Assembly (NCBI GenBank): GCA_001824825.1
Contig: MHTK01000006.1
Span: 1 to 46,415, forward strand
Source: Candidatus Vogelbacteria bacterium RIFOXYD1_FULL_46_19
Lineage (GTDB): Bacteria; Patescibacteriota; Minisyncoccia; Phycocordibacterales; XYD1-FULL-46-19
Direction of reading: 5' to 3'
DNA length: 46,415 nucleotides
Under the pieces are notes generated by a model. That model was not told the DNA's origin and made no database searches. It saw only the letters and a list, made by a program, of their open reading frames with translations. The position numbers and the translations under genes were made by a program. Shown here piece by piece: positions 28,617 through 37,299 of this stretch (its first letter is position 1; the number at the start of each line of letters is the position of its first letter).

Positions 28617-28848
28617 TAAAAATTTGCCCCCTCACATTGCTGTAGAGGGGGCAGACGGAACGGAGAGGACCTGCTTGGGAAAGACTTGGGTCTAAGTACT
28701 CACTTGCGGTTGTTACCACAAGCTGACTGCGGTCGCGCAGTGAGTACGAAACTAGGAAACCAGCTTGGGTTGGAATACTATTGCAGGCCCCCAAAACTGC
28801 TGGTTTCGACCCCATCCGAATTTGTGTGGATCCTCGGGTTCTCGTCTA
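28617..28848 (-). ncRNA. Candidate ncRNA B (about 230 nt): multibranch structure plus terminator
   Basis: Promoter TTGACT(28883-28878)-N17-TAAACT. 5'/3' closing stem, helices GAAACCAGC/GCTGGTTTC and GTACTCACT/AGTGAGTAC, terminator TGCCCCCTC/GAGGGGGCA. Confidence 0.62.
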
Positions 28849-28907
28849 ATTGTTAGTTTAATCTATCACTAGACAGGAGTCAAGGGATAACATTACACTA
28901 CTAGTCT

Positions 28908-30131
28908 ATGGACTTATCCGATTTTAAAAAAACCAAATTAGCTGATCAGCCGGGTGTCTACTTTTTTAAAAAAGGTCGGCAGATTTTATATATTGGTAAG
29001 GCGACTTCTTTGTACGACCGAGTGCGAAGCTATTTCAGTCAAGATTTAAATGAGACCAGGGGTCCACTCTTGGTGAAAATGCTAAGTGAGGCGACGACTC
29101 TTAATTTTCAACAGACAGATTCAGTTTTAGAAGCTTTAATTTTAGAAGCGGCTTTAATTAGACGACACCGGCCTCTTTATAATACGCGGGCCAAAGACGA
29201 TAAAAGTTATTGGCATATCATTATTACCAAAGAAGTGTGGCCGCGGGTTTTGATGGTGCGGGGAAAAGATTTGATTGAAACTATCGAGCCGGCCAGTGTT
29301 AAGTACACTTTCGGCCCTTTTCCCCAAGCGGCGGAACTTAAAGTAGCCTTAAAAATTATTCGTAAAATTTTTCCTTTTCGTGACAAGTGTCAGCCGGCCG
29401 AAGCTAAAGGTGGGGGGCGACCGTGTTTTTCGGCTCAGCTAGGACTTTGTCCCGGGGTGTGCAGTGGCTCGATTAGCCAGACCGAATATGCTCGCTTGGT
29501 CAATCACTTACGGTTATTTTTTGAAGGTAAGAAAGTTATTCTGTTAAAAAAGTTGGAGCAAGAAATGAAGCAACTGTCACGACAAGAAAAATTTGAAGAG
29601 GCGCTCGTCCGGCGGAATCAAATTTTTGCCCTGCAGCATATAAACGATATTGCCCTCTTAAAAGCCAGTCCGAGCAGTAGCCGCTTGCGAATCGAAGCCT
29701 ATGATATTGCTCACTTGGCTGGGCGGCATACGGTCGGGGTGATGACGGTAATTTTGGGCGGAGTACCGGAAAAAAATGCTTACCGTAAATTTGGACTGAG
29801 GGGTCTGGCCTCGGATAAAGTGAATGACATTGCCAACTTACAAGAAGTTTTGGAGAGACGCTTAAATCATCCCGAATGGCCCTGGCCGGAGCTGGTGGTG
29901 GTAGATGGAGGAAAAGCTCAACTAAAAGTAGCTAAAGCTATTTTGGATAAGTTCGGCCTAACAGTACCAGTGGTGGCAGTGGTGAAAAATGAGAAACATC
30001 AACCACGAGAAATTTTAGGTGATAAAAGACTGGCCCGGGAATATGAAAGCGAAATTCTACTGGCAAATAGTGAAGCTCATCGTTTTGCTATTTCTTATCA
30101 CCGAACCAAGAGTCGCCGTGGATTACGCTAG
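28908..30131 (+). CDS. uvrC: Excinuclease ABC subunit C, short form
   Basis: GIY-YIG domain (PGVYFF, LYIGKA, RVRSYF), Cys cluster, UVR domain, RNase H-like IEAYDI...VDGG and EAHRFA. No C-terminal HhH. Confidence 0.93.
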   Translation: MDLSDFKKTKLADQPGVYFFKKGRQILYIGKATSLYDRVRSYFSQDLNETRGPLLVKMLSEATTLNFQQTDSVLEALILEAALIRRHRPLYNTRAKDDKSYWHIIITKEVWPRVLMVRGKDLIETIEPASVKYTFGPFPQAAELKVALKIIRKIFPFRDKCQPAEAKGGGRPCFSAQLGLCPGVCSGSISQTEYARLVNHLRLFFEGKKVILLKKLEQEMKQLSRQEKFEEALVRRNQIFALQHINDIALLKASPSSSRLRIEAYDIAHLAGRHTVGVMTVILGGVPEKNAYRKFGLRGLASDKVNDIANLQEVLERRLNHPEWPWPELVVVDGGKAQLKVAKAILDKFGLTVPVVAVVKNEKHQPREILGDKRLAREYESEILLANSEAHRFAISYHRTKSRRGLR

Positions 30132-30165
30132 CGACACACCTCTGGCTGAGTGTTATAATTTCTAA

Positions 30166-31662
30166 ATGTTAACCCGTGCGGACAGCTTACGTTTGGAACT
30201 GGCTGGCCGGTTGATTTTTATCCGTTTGGCTTTAATTTTGGCGGCTATCTTTATAGTCGGTTTTTTAGCTTATCAGGCGGACAAAATAGTGCTCGGCAAG
30301 TTAAGTGGAGACGGTTTGATTCTGGCCATTCTTTTTTTGGTCGGCTTGCTTAATATTTTATTCTTTGTAGCTTGGCAGGGAGTCCGTCAGAGCCAGAATC
30401 GTTTTTGGTTGAATGGATTGGTGTTTTGGCAAGTCATGATTGATTTCCTAGCCATTTTAATAGTCATTATTTCATGGCCGGATGGGGACGGAGCACTGTT
30501 TTTGCTTTTTTTGTGGCCCTTATTGGAGGGAGTATTACTTTTTAGTTCAGTTGGATCATTACTCCTCTCGGCCGTGGCTGGGGGAAGTTTGATTACTGTT
30601 TTATATCTCGATGAGCAAAATATTGTTCTCTTAGGTCAATCTATCAACTTTGATTGGATCGACGGTTTTATGACTCAAACTTCTCTCGACGAGCTGTTAG
30701 GTTGGTCGGTGGTTTATCTGGTTTTTACTTTGGTTTTATCATATTGCTTTAGTATATTAACCAGTTTTAGTGGACGAGAATCACTGCAGGATAAACTGAA
30801 TCAGAAGGAAGCTGAGTTGGAGCATGATCAGATGCAGTGGGTGCGCCAATATAGTCAGAAGATGGATGAGAATAACCGCTTATTAAAAACCAAGGAACTG
30901 GAATTATCTCTAGCTAAGCAGCAACTGGAAATGCTGGAGAATGCTAAGTCCGAATTTGTGTCTGTTACTACGCACCAACTGCGAACGCCCCTGTCGGCTA
31001 TTAAGTGGACTTTTAACATGATTTTGTCCGAGCAACTAGGACCTTTAAATCAAGATCAAAAAACTTTTCTCGATAAAGGCTATCAGAGTGCCTTGAGGAT
31101 GATTAACATTGTTAATAGTTTGGTTCACATTGATCACGCGACAGCCAAAAAAGAAGACTACAATTTAGCTCCTACTGATTTAACTAAACTGATTGAGAAT
31201 ATTAAATTTGAATTTGTCAATCAAGCCGAAAGCAAGAAGATTGGTTTGGAATTTAAAATGACCTCAGAGTCTCTACCACTGGTGACTGTGGATGAAAACA
31301 AAATCAGAATGGTGGTGGAAAATTTAATCGACAATGCTATAAAGTATACTCACGAGGGAGGGATGATAACCGTGCTTTTAAGTGATCTGCGACTTAATAC
31401 TGCTCATCCGGCCGTGGAAATTTCGGTTCGGGATACGGGAGTTGGTATACCCCTGGCTGAACAGAAGAAAATCTTTCATAAATTTTTCCGGGCTTCAAAT
31501 GCGAGAAGGGAAGAACCGGATGGCAGTGGCATCGGCCTTTATATTGCTAAAGATATAGTGGAAAGGCATCAGGGGGCAATGTGGTTCGAGACTGAAGAGG
31601 GTAAGGGGACAACCTTCTTCTTTACCCTACCGATTAATCAAAAGTTGAAAAATGAGATATAA
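30166..31662 (+). CDS. Membrane sensor histidine kinase
   Basis: Multi-TM N-terminus, HQLRTPL H-box, NLIDNAIKY, DTGVGI, GSGIGL. Confidence 0.95.
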   Translation: MLTRADSLRLELAGRLIFIRLALILAAIFIVGFLAYQADKIVLGKLSGDGLILAILFLVGLLNILFFVAWQGVRQSQNRFWLNGLVFWQVMIDFLAILIVIISWPDGDGALFLLFLWPLLEGVLLFSSVGSLLLSAVAGGSLITVLYLDEQNIVLLGQSINFDWIDGFMTQTSLDELLGWSVVYLVFTLVLSYCFSILTSFSGRESLQDKLNQKEAELEHDQMQWVRQYSQKMDENNRLLKTKELELSLAKQQLEMLENAKSEFVSVTTHQLRTPLSAIKWTFNMILSEQLGPLNQDQKTFLDKGYQSALRMINIVNSLVHIDHATAKKEDYNLAPTDLTKLIENIKFEFVNQAESKKIGLEFKMTSESLPLVTVDENKIRMVVENLIDNAIKYTHEGGMITVLLSDLRLNTAHPAVEISVRDTGVGIPLAEQKKIFHKFFRASNARREEPDGSGIGLYIAKDIVERHQGAMWFETEEGKGTTFFFTLPINQKLKNEI

Positions 31663-31702
31663 TACTTTTATCTAAATTATTTGTTAATTTGCTTTATTAC
31701 CT

Positions 31703-32071
31703 ATGAGTGATTCTATGATGAAAAAAGTTTTAATAGTTGAGGATGATGAATTCTTAAGATCTTTAACAGTTAAAAGGTTGGAAAAAGAAAACTACCAAAT
31801 TATTATTGCGGCCGATGGTGAGCAGGCCTTGAAAATGATTGACAGCGATACTCCGGATTTGATTTTATTGGATTTATTGTTGCCTGGGGTAGATGGTTTT
31901 GAGGTTTTGGAAAAAATGAAAAAAAGTATACCAGTGGTGGTTTTCTCTAACTTGGGTCAAAGAGAAGATATTGAAAAAGCCAAAAAATTGGGAGCGGACG
32001 ACTTTTTGATCAAAGCTAACTTTACTTTGGACGATGTCGTGGCCAAGGTCAGTGAGCATTTGTCTAAATAA
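31703..32071 (+). CDS. Single-domain response regulator (receiver only)
   Basis: LIVEDD, LLDLLLP, GADDFLIK; no output domain. Confidence 0.93.
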   Translation: MSDSMMKKVLIVEDDEFLRSLTVKRLEKENYQIIIAADGEQALKMIDSDTPDLILLDLLLPGVDGFEVLEKMKKSIPVVVFSNLGQREDIEKAKKLGADDFLIKANFTLDDVVAKVSEHLSK

Positions 32072-32076
32072 ACCCT

Positions 32077-33039
32077 ATGCTTAAGACTCGGGTGGGTGTG
32101 ATACGAGGTGGGCCGGGACACGAATACGAAGTGTCTTTGAAAAGCGGTGCTAGCGTGCTCTCTAATTTGCCGGAAAAATATGAAGCACGAGACATTTTTA
32201 TTTCTCGCGAAGGAGAGTGGCATTTGGCAGGTCTAACAATTAAGCCGGAGGAAATTGTCCGGCATGTAGACGTGGTTTTTAATGCATTACACGGGGAGTT
32301 TGGTGAAGATGGGGGTTTGCAGGCTATCTTGGATAATTTAAATATACCCTATACTGGCAGTGGTCGTTTGGCGTCCGCTGTTGGTATTAATAAAGAATCG
32401 GTTAAAGCCATTTGTCGAGCCCACGGTATAAAAGTGCCTTATGGGCTCACACTAGCAGATAATTTTGATCTTCACCAAGCTAGCCAACAAGTCTTTTTAA
32501 AAATTCCCCCGCCGTGGGTGATTAAGCCCTTGGATAAAGGTTCCTCCGTCGGCTTATTTTTTGCTCGGTCCCACAGTGAGTTGGAGGCGGCTTTAGCTAA
32601 AGCTGCTACAGTTAGCGACAATTTACTGATCGAGGAGTACATTAAAGGCAAAGAGGCCACTTGTGGAGTGATTAATAATTTTAGACAAGAAAGGATATAT
32701 AAACTGTTGCCCATTGAAATTAGGCGACCTAGCACTTGCCCAGTGTGGAATTATGAGGATAAATATTCCGGGGTGACGGAAGAAATTTGTCCTGGCTGCT
32801 TTTCCGCCGAGGAAAGTGCGGAGATTCAAACGATCGCCGCTAAAATGCACGAGATTTTAGGTCTCCGTCACTATTCGCGTAGCGACTTCATTGTTTCGTC
32901 GCGTGGGATTTACGCTTTAGAGGTAAACACTTTACCGGGCCTTACCACCGAGTCGCTCTTGCCGAAGGCTCTCGCCGCCATTGGCTGCTCCTACGCTGAC
33001 TTTTTAGACCACACTATAACTCTTGCTTTAAGCTCATAA
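32077..33039 (+). CDS. ddl: D-alanine--D-alanine ligase
   Basis: GGPGHEYEVSL, LHGEFGEDG, GSSVG, NYEDKY, EVNTLPG. Confidence 0.95.
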   Translation: MLKTRVGVIRGGPGHEYEVSLKSGASVLSNLPEKYEARDIFISREGEWHLAGLTIKPEEIVRHVDVVFNALHGEFGEDGGLQAILDNLNIPYTGSGRLASAVGINKESVKAICRAHGIKVPYGLTLADNFDLHQASQQVFLKIPPPWVIKPLDKGSSVGLFFARSHSELEAALAKAATVSDNLLIEEYIKGKEATCGVINNFRQERIYKLLPIEIRRPSTCPVWNYEDKYSGVTEEICPGCFSAEESAEIQTIAAKMHEILGLRHYSRSDFIVSSRGIYALEVNTLPGLTTESLLPKALAAIGCSYADFLDHTITLALSS

Positions 33040-33091
33040 ATCATTATTATTAGCCAGTAATAATTACTAGGCCTAAACGTCTATAGAGCTT

Positions 33092-33406
33092 ATGAATACA
33101 AATCGTAATTTAATAATTTCCATCGTAATTTTGGCCGTTCTATTTGTAGGTGGGATATTTTGGTGGTGGCAGGTGTCCGGTGAGCCGACCGATATTGTAG
33201 GCCAGATTGAGCAGGATTTAGCCAAATACCAGCAAATAGTTAATGAGTGTCAGGGAGTAACCGATGAGAAAGATCAAGTAGAGTGTACGGAGCAATTGGC
33301 CGAGATTGAAGAAAAGTTAGAAGAGTATGAAAATGATCTGCAAAATATTGAAGTCGAGACAGATACCAGTGAAGAGGCTACGACCACTATTCAAGCTGAA
33401 TCATAA
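33092..33406 (+). CDS. Hypothetical membrane-anchored acidic protein
   Basis: N-terminal TM helix and a helical hairpin with two Cys. Confidence 0.7.
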   Translation: MNTNRNLIISIVILAVLFVGGIFWWWQVSGEPTDIVGQIEQDLAKYQQIVNECQGVTDEKDQVECTEQLAEIEEKLEEYENDLQNIEVETDTSEEATTTIQAES

Positions 33407-33430
33407 AATTTAAAGACTTGAAAGGTAGAG

Positions 33431-33460
33431 TAAAGGCTCCACTTGGGGGAGCTTTTATTG
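33431..33460 (+). terminator. Intrinsic terminator
   Basis: TAAAGGCTCC/GGAGCTTTTA hairpin with T-rich tail. Confidence 0.6.
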
Positions 33461-33642
33461 TTTGAATTAGTCGGGCTGCCGACTCAATTGAATTTTCGTC
33501 ACAGTTTAGATTGAGACCTTGCTCGCTAACGATCCGGTAGCGGGCCAATTTTGTGCCGGTCGATTTATTTGGTGTTACTCTTCGACCGGAATATCGGTCT
33601 CAGAGTCCTACAAAAATATAGTCGCTGCGCTTCTTATTTTTG

Positions 33643-33679
33643 TGGACCTAGCGAGAATCGAACTCGCGTTTCGACAATG
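33643..33679 (-). tRNA. 3' half of tRNA-Ala (positions 36-73); 5' half absent, probable att site
   Basis: Minus strand reads C36 A T-TGTCG-AAAC-GCGAG TTCGATT CTCGC-TAGGTCC-A73: canonical T-arm, U70 (G3:U70 alanine identity), discriminator A. Sequence 5' of C36 is not tRNA-like. Confidence 0.78.
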
Positions 33680-33994
33680 TTCACCCTGTTAAATCCAAAA
33701 TGTTACTAGTGGTGTCATTATATCATTTGCTCGAACTTTTTTTGAGCGAGAATGAATCGTCCCGCCACTGCCTCGTAGAGCCTCGGCAACCCCAAAAGAA
33801 AAACACTCCTTGCATTTCTGATTTGGCGGGAGTGAAATTTCTTTTGAAAAAGGAAAGGGTGTTTTTCTTTCGGGGTTCTGCCCTCCAAGTATTCAGGCAG
33901 GTGGCGGAACAATGCGGACGAAGTTTTGGCAAAACTATTTTTTGGAGAAAGGATTTGGCAAAACTTCGGCTCATTCGTTTTTGAATTCGGATGT

Positions 33995-34166
33995 CGCAAA
34001 TGGAAAAGGAGGGTGAGAAGCGAATGCTTGGAGCTTCGCAAGGCCGGAGCGCGACGGCGCGAGGAGGGGTAGCGGAATTTTCCAGCAGAAAAATATCCGT
34101 GACTTGGGGAGGAATTTTCCATTTGCTCCTCTTTTTGTTTTTGAAAAATTGGGGGCGGACAGAAAA
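33995..34166 (+). repeat. Left copy of long inverted repeat
   Basis: Identical to the reverse complement of 46281-46415 except for an extra 37 bp between GGAATTTTCCA direct repeats (34074-34084 and 34111-34121). Confidence 0.95.
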
Positions 34167-34242
34167 AATTGAGAAAAAGTGTTATTCATGTTAGTATAGT
34201 TGTGAGGGTTAGTTTCAACGCTCATACTTATACTATCATACT

Positions 34243-34455
34243 ATGGAAAGCAAACAAAATAGACAAATTGGGGATAAAATAAAAGTCTTTCGAGCAAAGC
34301 AAGGATTGACACAGGACGCTCTTGCGAGAAAGTGCGATATTCCCTATACAACGCTGACTAAGATTGAATCGAATGTGATAACAAAGCCGTCAATCCAAAC
34401 AGTTACCAAAATTGCCGAAGGGTTGGGAATAACCATTGATGATTTGATTAAATAA
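34243..34455 (+). CDS. XRE-family HTH transcriptional regulator
   Basis: IKVFRAKQGLTQDALA...LTKIE...PSIQTVTKIAEGLGITIDDL. Confidence 0.92.
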   Translation: MESKQNRQIGDKIKVFRAKQGLTQDALARKCDIPYTTLTKIESNVITKPSIQTVTKIAEGLGITIDDLIK

Positions 34456-34461
34456 ATTTAT

Positions 34462-36252
34462 ATGCAATCACGAGAAATACGAAAAAAGTTTTTAGATTTT
34501 TTTAAGGAACGAGGACATATAATAGTACCCTCGTCGCCACTTGTGCCAGAGAATGATCCGTCAGTACTTTTCAATACTGCTGGCATGCAACCACTCGTTC
34601 CATATCTCATGGGTTTGCAACATCCGTCAGGATCAAAGCGTATCGCTAATGTGCAAAAATGTGTACGTACTAGTGATATTGATGAGGTTGGGGACAATAC
34701 CCATCTTACTTTCTTCGAGATGCTTGGTAACTGGTCACTTGGTGATTATTTCAAAAAAGACGCGATACAGTGGAGTTTTGAATTCTTAACATCAAAAAAT
34801 AGTGGCTTGGGGCTAGACCCACGACGTCTTTATGTAACGGTCTTTGAAGGTGACGAAAACGCGCCATGCGATAACGATGCACATAGTGTTTGGAAAGAAG
34901 TATTTGAAAATGAAGGCATGGATCCTCAAAAAAGAATCTTTTTCATGGATGCTGCTTCGAACTGGTGGAGCCCGGGAGATAATGGTCCATGTGGACCAGA
35001 TAGTGAGATGTTTTACGATGTGACGGGTGGATTGACTGAGGGCTTGACTAAAGAAGAATTTATCGCAGCTGACAAAAACCAACATGTGGTTGAAATATGG
35101 AATGACGTGTTCATGGAGTATCAAAAGAGTGATGGCAAAATTAGTGGCAAACTCAAAAACCAAAATGTTGATACTGGTTCAGGACTAGAGCGCGTTACTT
35201 GTGTGGTACAAGGGAAAGAAAATGTTTTTGACACTGATTTATTCAAACCCGTCATTAACAAAATATCGTTACTTGCGCAACAGGGTGATGAGCGGTCCAA
35301 GCGTATAATTGCCGACCATATTCGCGCTTCAGTCTTCCTCATTGCTGATGGTATAACTCCTTCAAATACTGAACAGGGTTATGTTTTGCGTCGATTGCTT
35401 CGTCGCGCGATAAGACATGCAGATAAAATTGATATAAAACAAGATTCACTCGTCTCGCTCGTGCCAATAATTGTTGAGGAATACAAAGAAGCCTACCCGA
35501 ATATCTTGGAAAAGCAGGCATTCATGGAACAAGAAGTTCTGAAGGAGGAAATGAAGTTTAGAAAAACCCTTGCTGTTGGTATCAAAGAGTTCGAAAAAAT
35601 AAACACTCCTATTATTTCTGGACATGATGCGTTTATCCTTTTTTCAACATACGGCTTTCCTTTTGAACTGACTTTGGAGCTTGCCGATGAAAAAGGATTG
35701 AAAGTGAATAAGGACGAGTTTCAGATAGAAATGGAAAAACATCAAAACCTTTCACGGACAAGTACATCAGGAAAATTTAAGGGAGGGTTGGCTAACACTA
35801 ATGAGACAACAACGATGCTCCACACAGCAACACACATTATGCTTGCAGGGTTGCGAAAATATTTAGGTGACAGTGTCCATCAGGCAGGCTCTAATATTAC
35901 TGAAGAACGTACACGATTTGATTTTACGTATGAGGGAAAAGTAGAAAGGGAGACGCTTGATCGGGTGGAAAAATATGTGAATGAAGCTATCAGCAAGAAG
36001 TGTAGCGTGGTAACAGAAATCATGGAGAAAGAAACCGCAATGAATGCGGGAGTGGAGGGAAGTTTTTGGGAGAAATACCCAGATAAAGTTACCGTGTATA
36101 CGGTAAGGTGTAGTGACGGTACAGTATATTCACAAGAGCTTTGCGGAGGCCCACATGTTGCTAATACCGGAGATGTTAAAGGAACATTTAAAATTATAAA
36201 AGAAGAAGCGTCGTCCGCTGGTGTTCGACGCATTAAGGGAGTCTTGGAATAA
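34462..36252 (+). CDS. alaS: Alanine--tRNA ligase (596 aa; aminoacylation and editing domains, no C-Ala)
   Basis: LFNTAGMQP, QKCVR, TFFEMLGNWS.GDYFK, GPCGP, EIWN.VF, VDTG.GLER, ADH.R, GYVLRRLLRR. Editing motifs HTATH and ELCGGPH. Confidence 0.96.
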   Translation: MQSREIRKKFLDFFKERGHIIVPSSPLVPENDPSVLFNTAGMQPLVPYLMGLQHPSGSKRIANVQKCVRTSDIDEVGDNTHLTFFEMLGNWSLGDYFKKDAIQWSFEFLTSKNSGLGLDPRRLYVTVFEGDENAPCDNDAHSVWKEVFENEGMDPQKRIFFMDAASNWWSPGDNGPCGPDSEMFYDVTGGLTEGLTKEEFIAADKNQHVVEIWNDVFMEYQKSDGKISGKLKNQNVDTGSGLERVTCVVQGKENVFDTDLFKPVINKISLLAQQGDERSKRIIADHIRASVFLIADGITPSNTEQGYVLRRLLRRAIRHADKIDIKQDSLVSLVPIIVEEYKEAYPNILEKQAFMEQEVLKEEMKFRKTLAVGIKEFEKINTPIISGHDAFILFSTYGFPFELTLELADEKGLKVNKDEFQIEMEKHQNLSRTSTSGKFKGGLANTNETTTMLHTATHIMLAGLRKYLGDSVHQAGSNITEERTRFDFTYEGKVERETLDRVEKYVNEAISKKCSVVTEIMEKETAMNAGVEGSFWEKYPDKVTVYTVRCSDGTVYSQELCGGPHVANTGDVKGTFKIIKEEASSAGVRRIKGVLE

Positions 36253-36266
36253 AGAATATTAATTTT

Positions 36267-37292
36267 ATGAACAAACAAAAATTAACTTTCATCTGTATAG
36301 GAATAATTGTTTTAGCAAGTCTTTCTTTGGTGTTGTTGAGAGACAAAGATTTGACGAGCTCTGTCGTGCCAGAATTAGCACATGTCCGCATTGGTTGGCA
36401 GACTCCATGGGCTACGCAAGGCCAATTGACTCAGATTTTAAAATATACAGATATATTGAAGAATAACGAAATTGAAGGAGACTTCAAAGGATTTACTTAT
36501 GGTGGTCCGTTAAACGAGGCGGCGCTTGCAGGTGAGGTTGATATTATCTTTACAGCAGACCAACCAGCGGCCACTCTGCTCGCAAAGGATGAAAAGTGGA
36601 CTATCATTGGAAGGCTTATGTATAACAGAGTTTCACTCTATGTGCCACCCATGTCTCCTATAACTACATTAGCTGATCTGAAAGGAAAGACCGTAGCAAT
36701 GCCTTTTGGAGCAGCTGCACAACGTGTGGCCTTGAAAGCCGAGCAAGATGCAGGTCTTGATCCTAAAGTGGATGTAAATAACATTAATCTTGGTATTTAT
36801 GAGCAGAGCGATCTTGTTCGTGATCCCAATGCAAAAAAATGGGGCACCATAGATGCAATGGCGGGGTTTGACCCAACACCAGCGATCTTTGAAGAAAAAG
36901 GATTGGTAAAAAACCTACATGTAGGCAAAGTCGTATCGGTGATTGTAGTTTCAAATGATTTTATTAACCGCAACCCCGATTCAGTCAGTCGTTTCCTTAA
37001 ATCGTTTAACGAAGCATATGATTACTACCGAAACAACATATCGCAAGCCGACACATGGTTTGTTGCAGAGTCAGGACTTGATATTACACCGCGTGCATTA
37101 GAGATAGCGGCAGATGTAGAACCAAATCTTAAAGTAACTTCAAAAAATGAAATTCGTATTGGCTTCAATGACGAAGATTATAAGATAATGCAAGAGGCGG
37201 CTGATTTTATTTTTGATCAAGGGTTAGTAAAGAAACGAGTAATTATGAGAGAGCATGTAGACACTTCGTTTCTAGAAGAGATAGCTAAATAA
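36267..37292 (+). CDS. ABC transporter substrate-binding protein, SsuA/NitT/TauT family
   Basis: N-terminal anchor, FTYGGPLNEAALAGEVDI...DQPA, ITTLADLKGKTVA.PFG. Confidence 0.88.
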   Translation: MNKQKLTFICIGIIVLASLSLVLLRDKDLTSSVVPELAHVRIGWQTPWATQGQLTQILKYTDILKNNEIEGDFKGFTYGGPLNEAALAGEVDIIFTADQPAATLLAKDEKWTIIGRLMYNRVSLYVPPMSPITTLADLKGKTVAMPFGAAAQRVALKAEQDAGLDPKVDVNNINLGIYEQSDLVRDPNAKKWGTIDAMAGFDPTPAIFEEKGLVKNLHVGKVVSVIVVSNDFINRNPDSVSRFLKSFNEAYDYYRNNISQADTWFVAESGLDITPRALEIAADVEPNLKVTSKNEIRIGFNDEDYKIMQEAADFIFDQGLVKKRVIMREHVDTSFLEEIAK

Positions 37293-37299
37293 TCACATT

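Noticed and set aside
28594-28815. 73-aa minus-strand ORF between uvrA and uvrC
   Set aside because: It reads through a terminator into the next promoter, lacks an SD, and the region is better explained by RNA structure.
28908-30131. Short UvrC as a pseudogene
   Set aside because: Both nuclease domains are intact in one frame with a clean stop; only the HhH tail is missing, which is compatible with a compact natural variant.
30166-33039. Histidine kinase, regulator and ddl as a van-type glycopeptide resistance locus
   Set aside because: The regulator has no DNA-binding domain, vanH and vanX are absent, and the ligase keeps the omega-loop Tyr (NYEDKY) of D-Ala-D-Ala ligases.
33643-33700. Group I intron in the tRNA anticodon loop
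   Set aside because: The base before the 3' exon is A rather than the terminal G, and I could not identify a catalytic core next to the junction.
33700-34225. Overlapping ORFs of 67-134 aa at the island's left end
   Set aside because: They lie in palindromic, repeated sequence, overlap on both strands and show no protein motifs.
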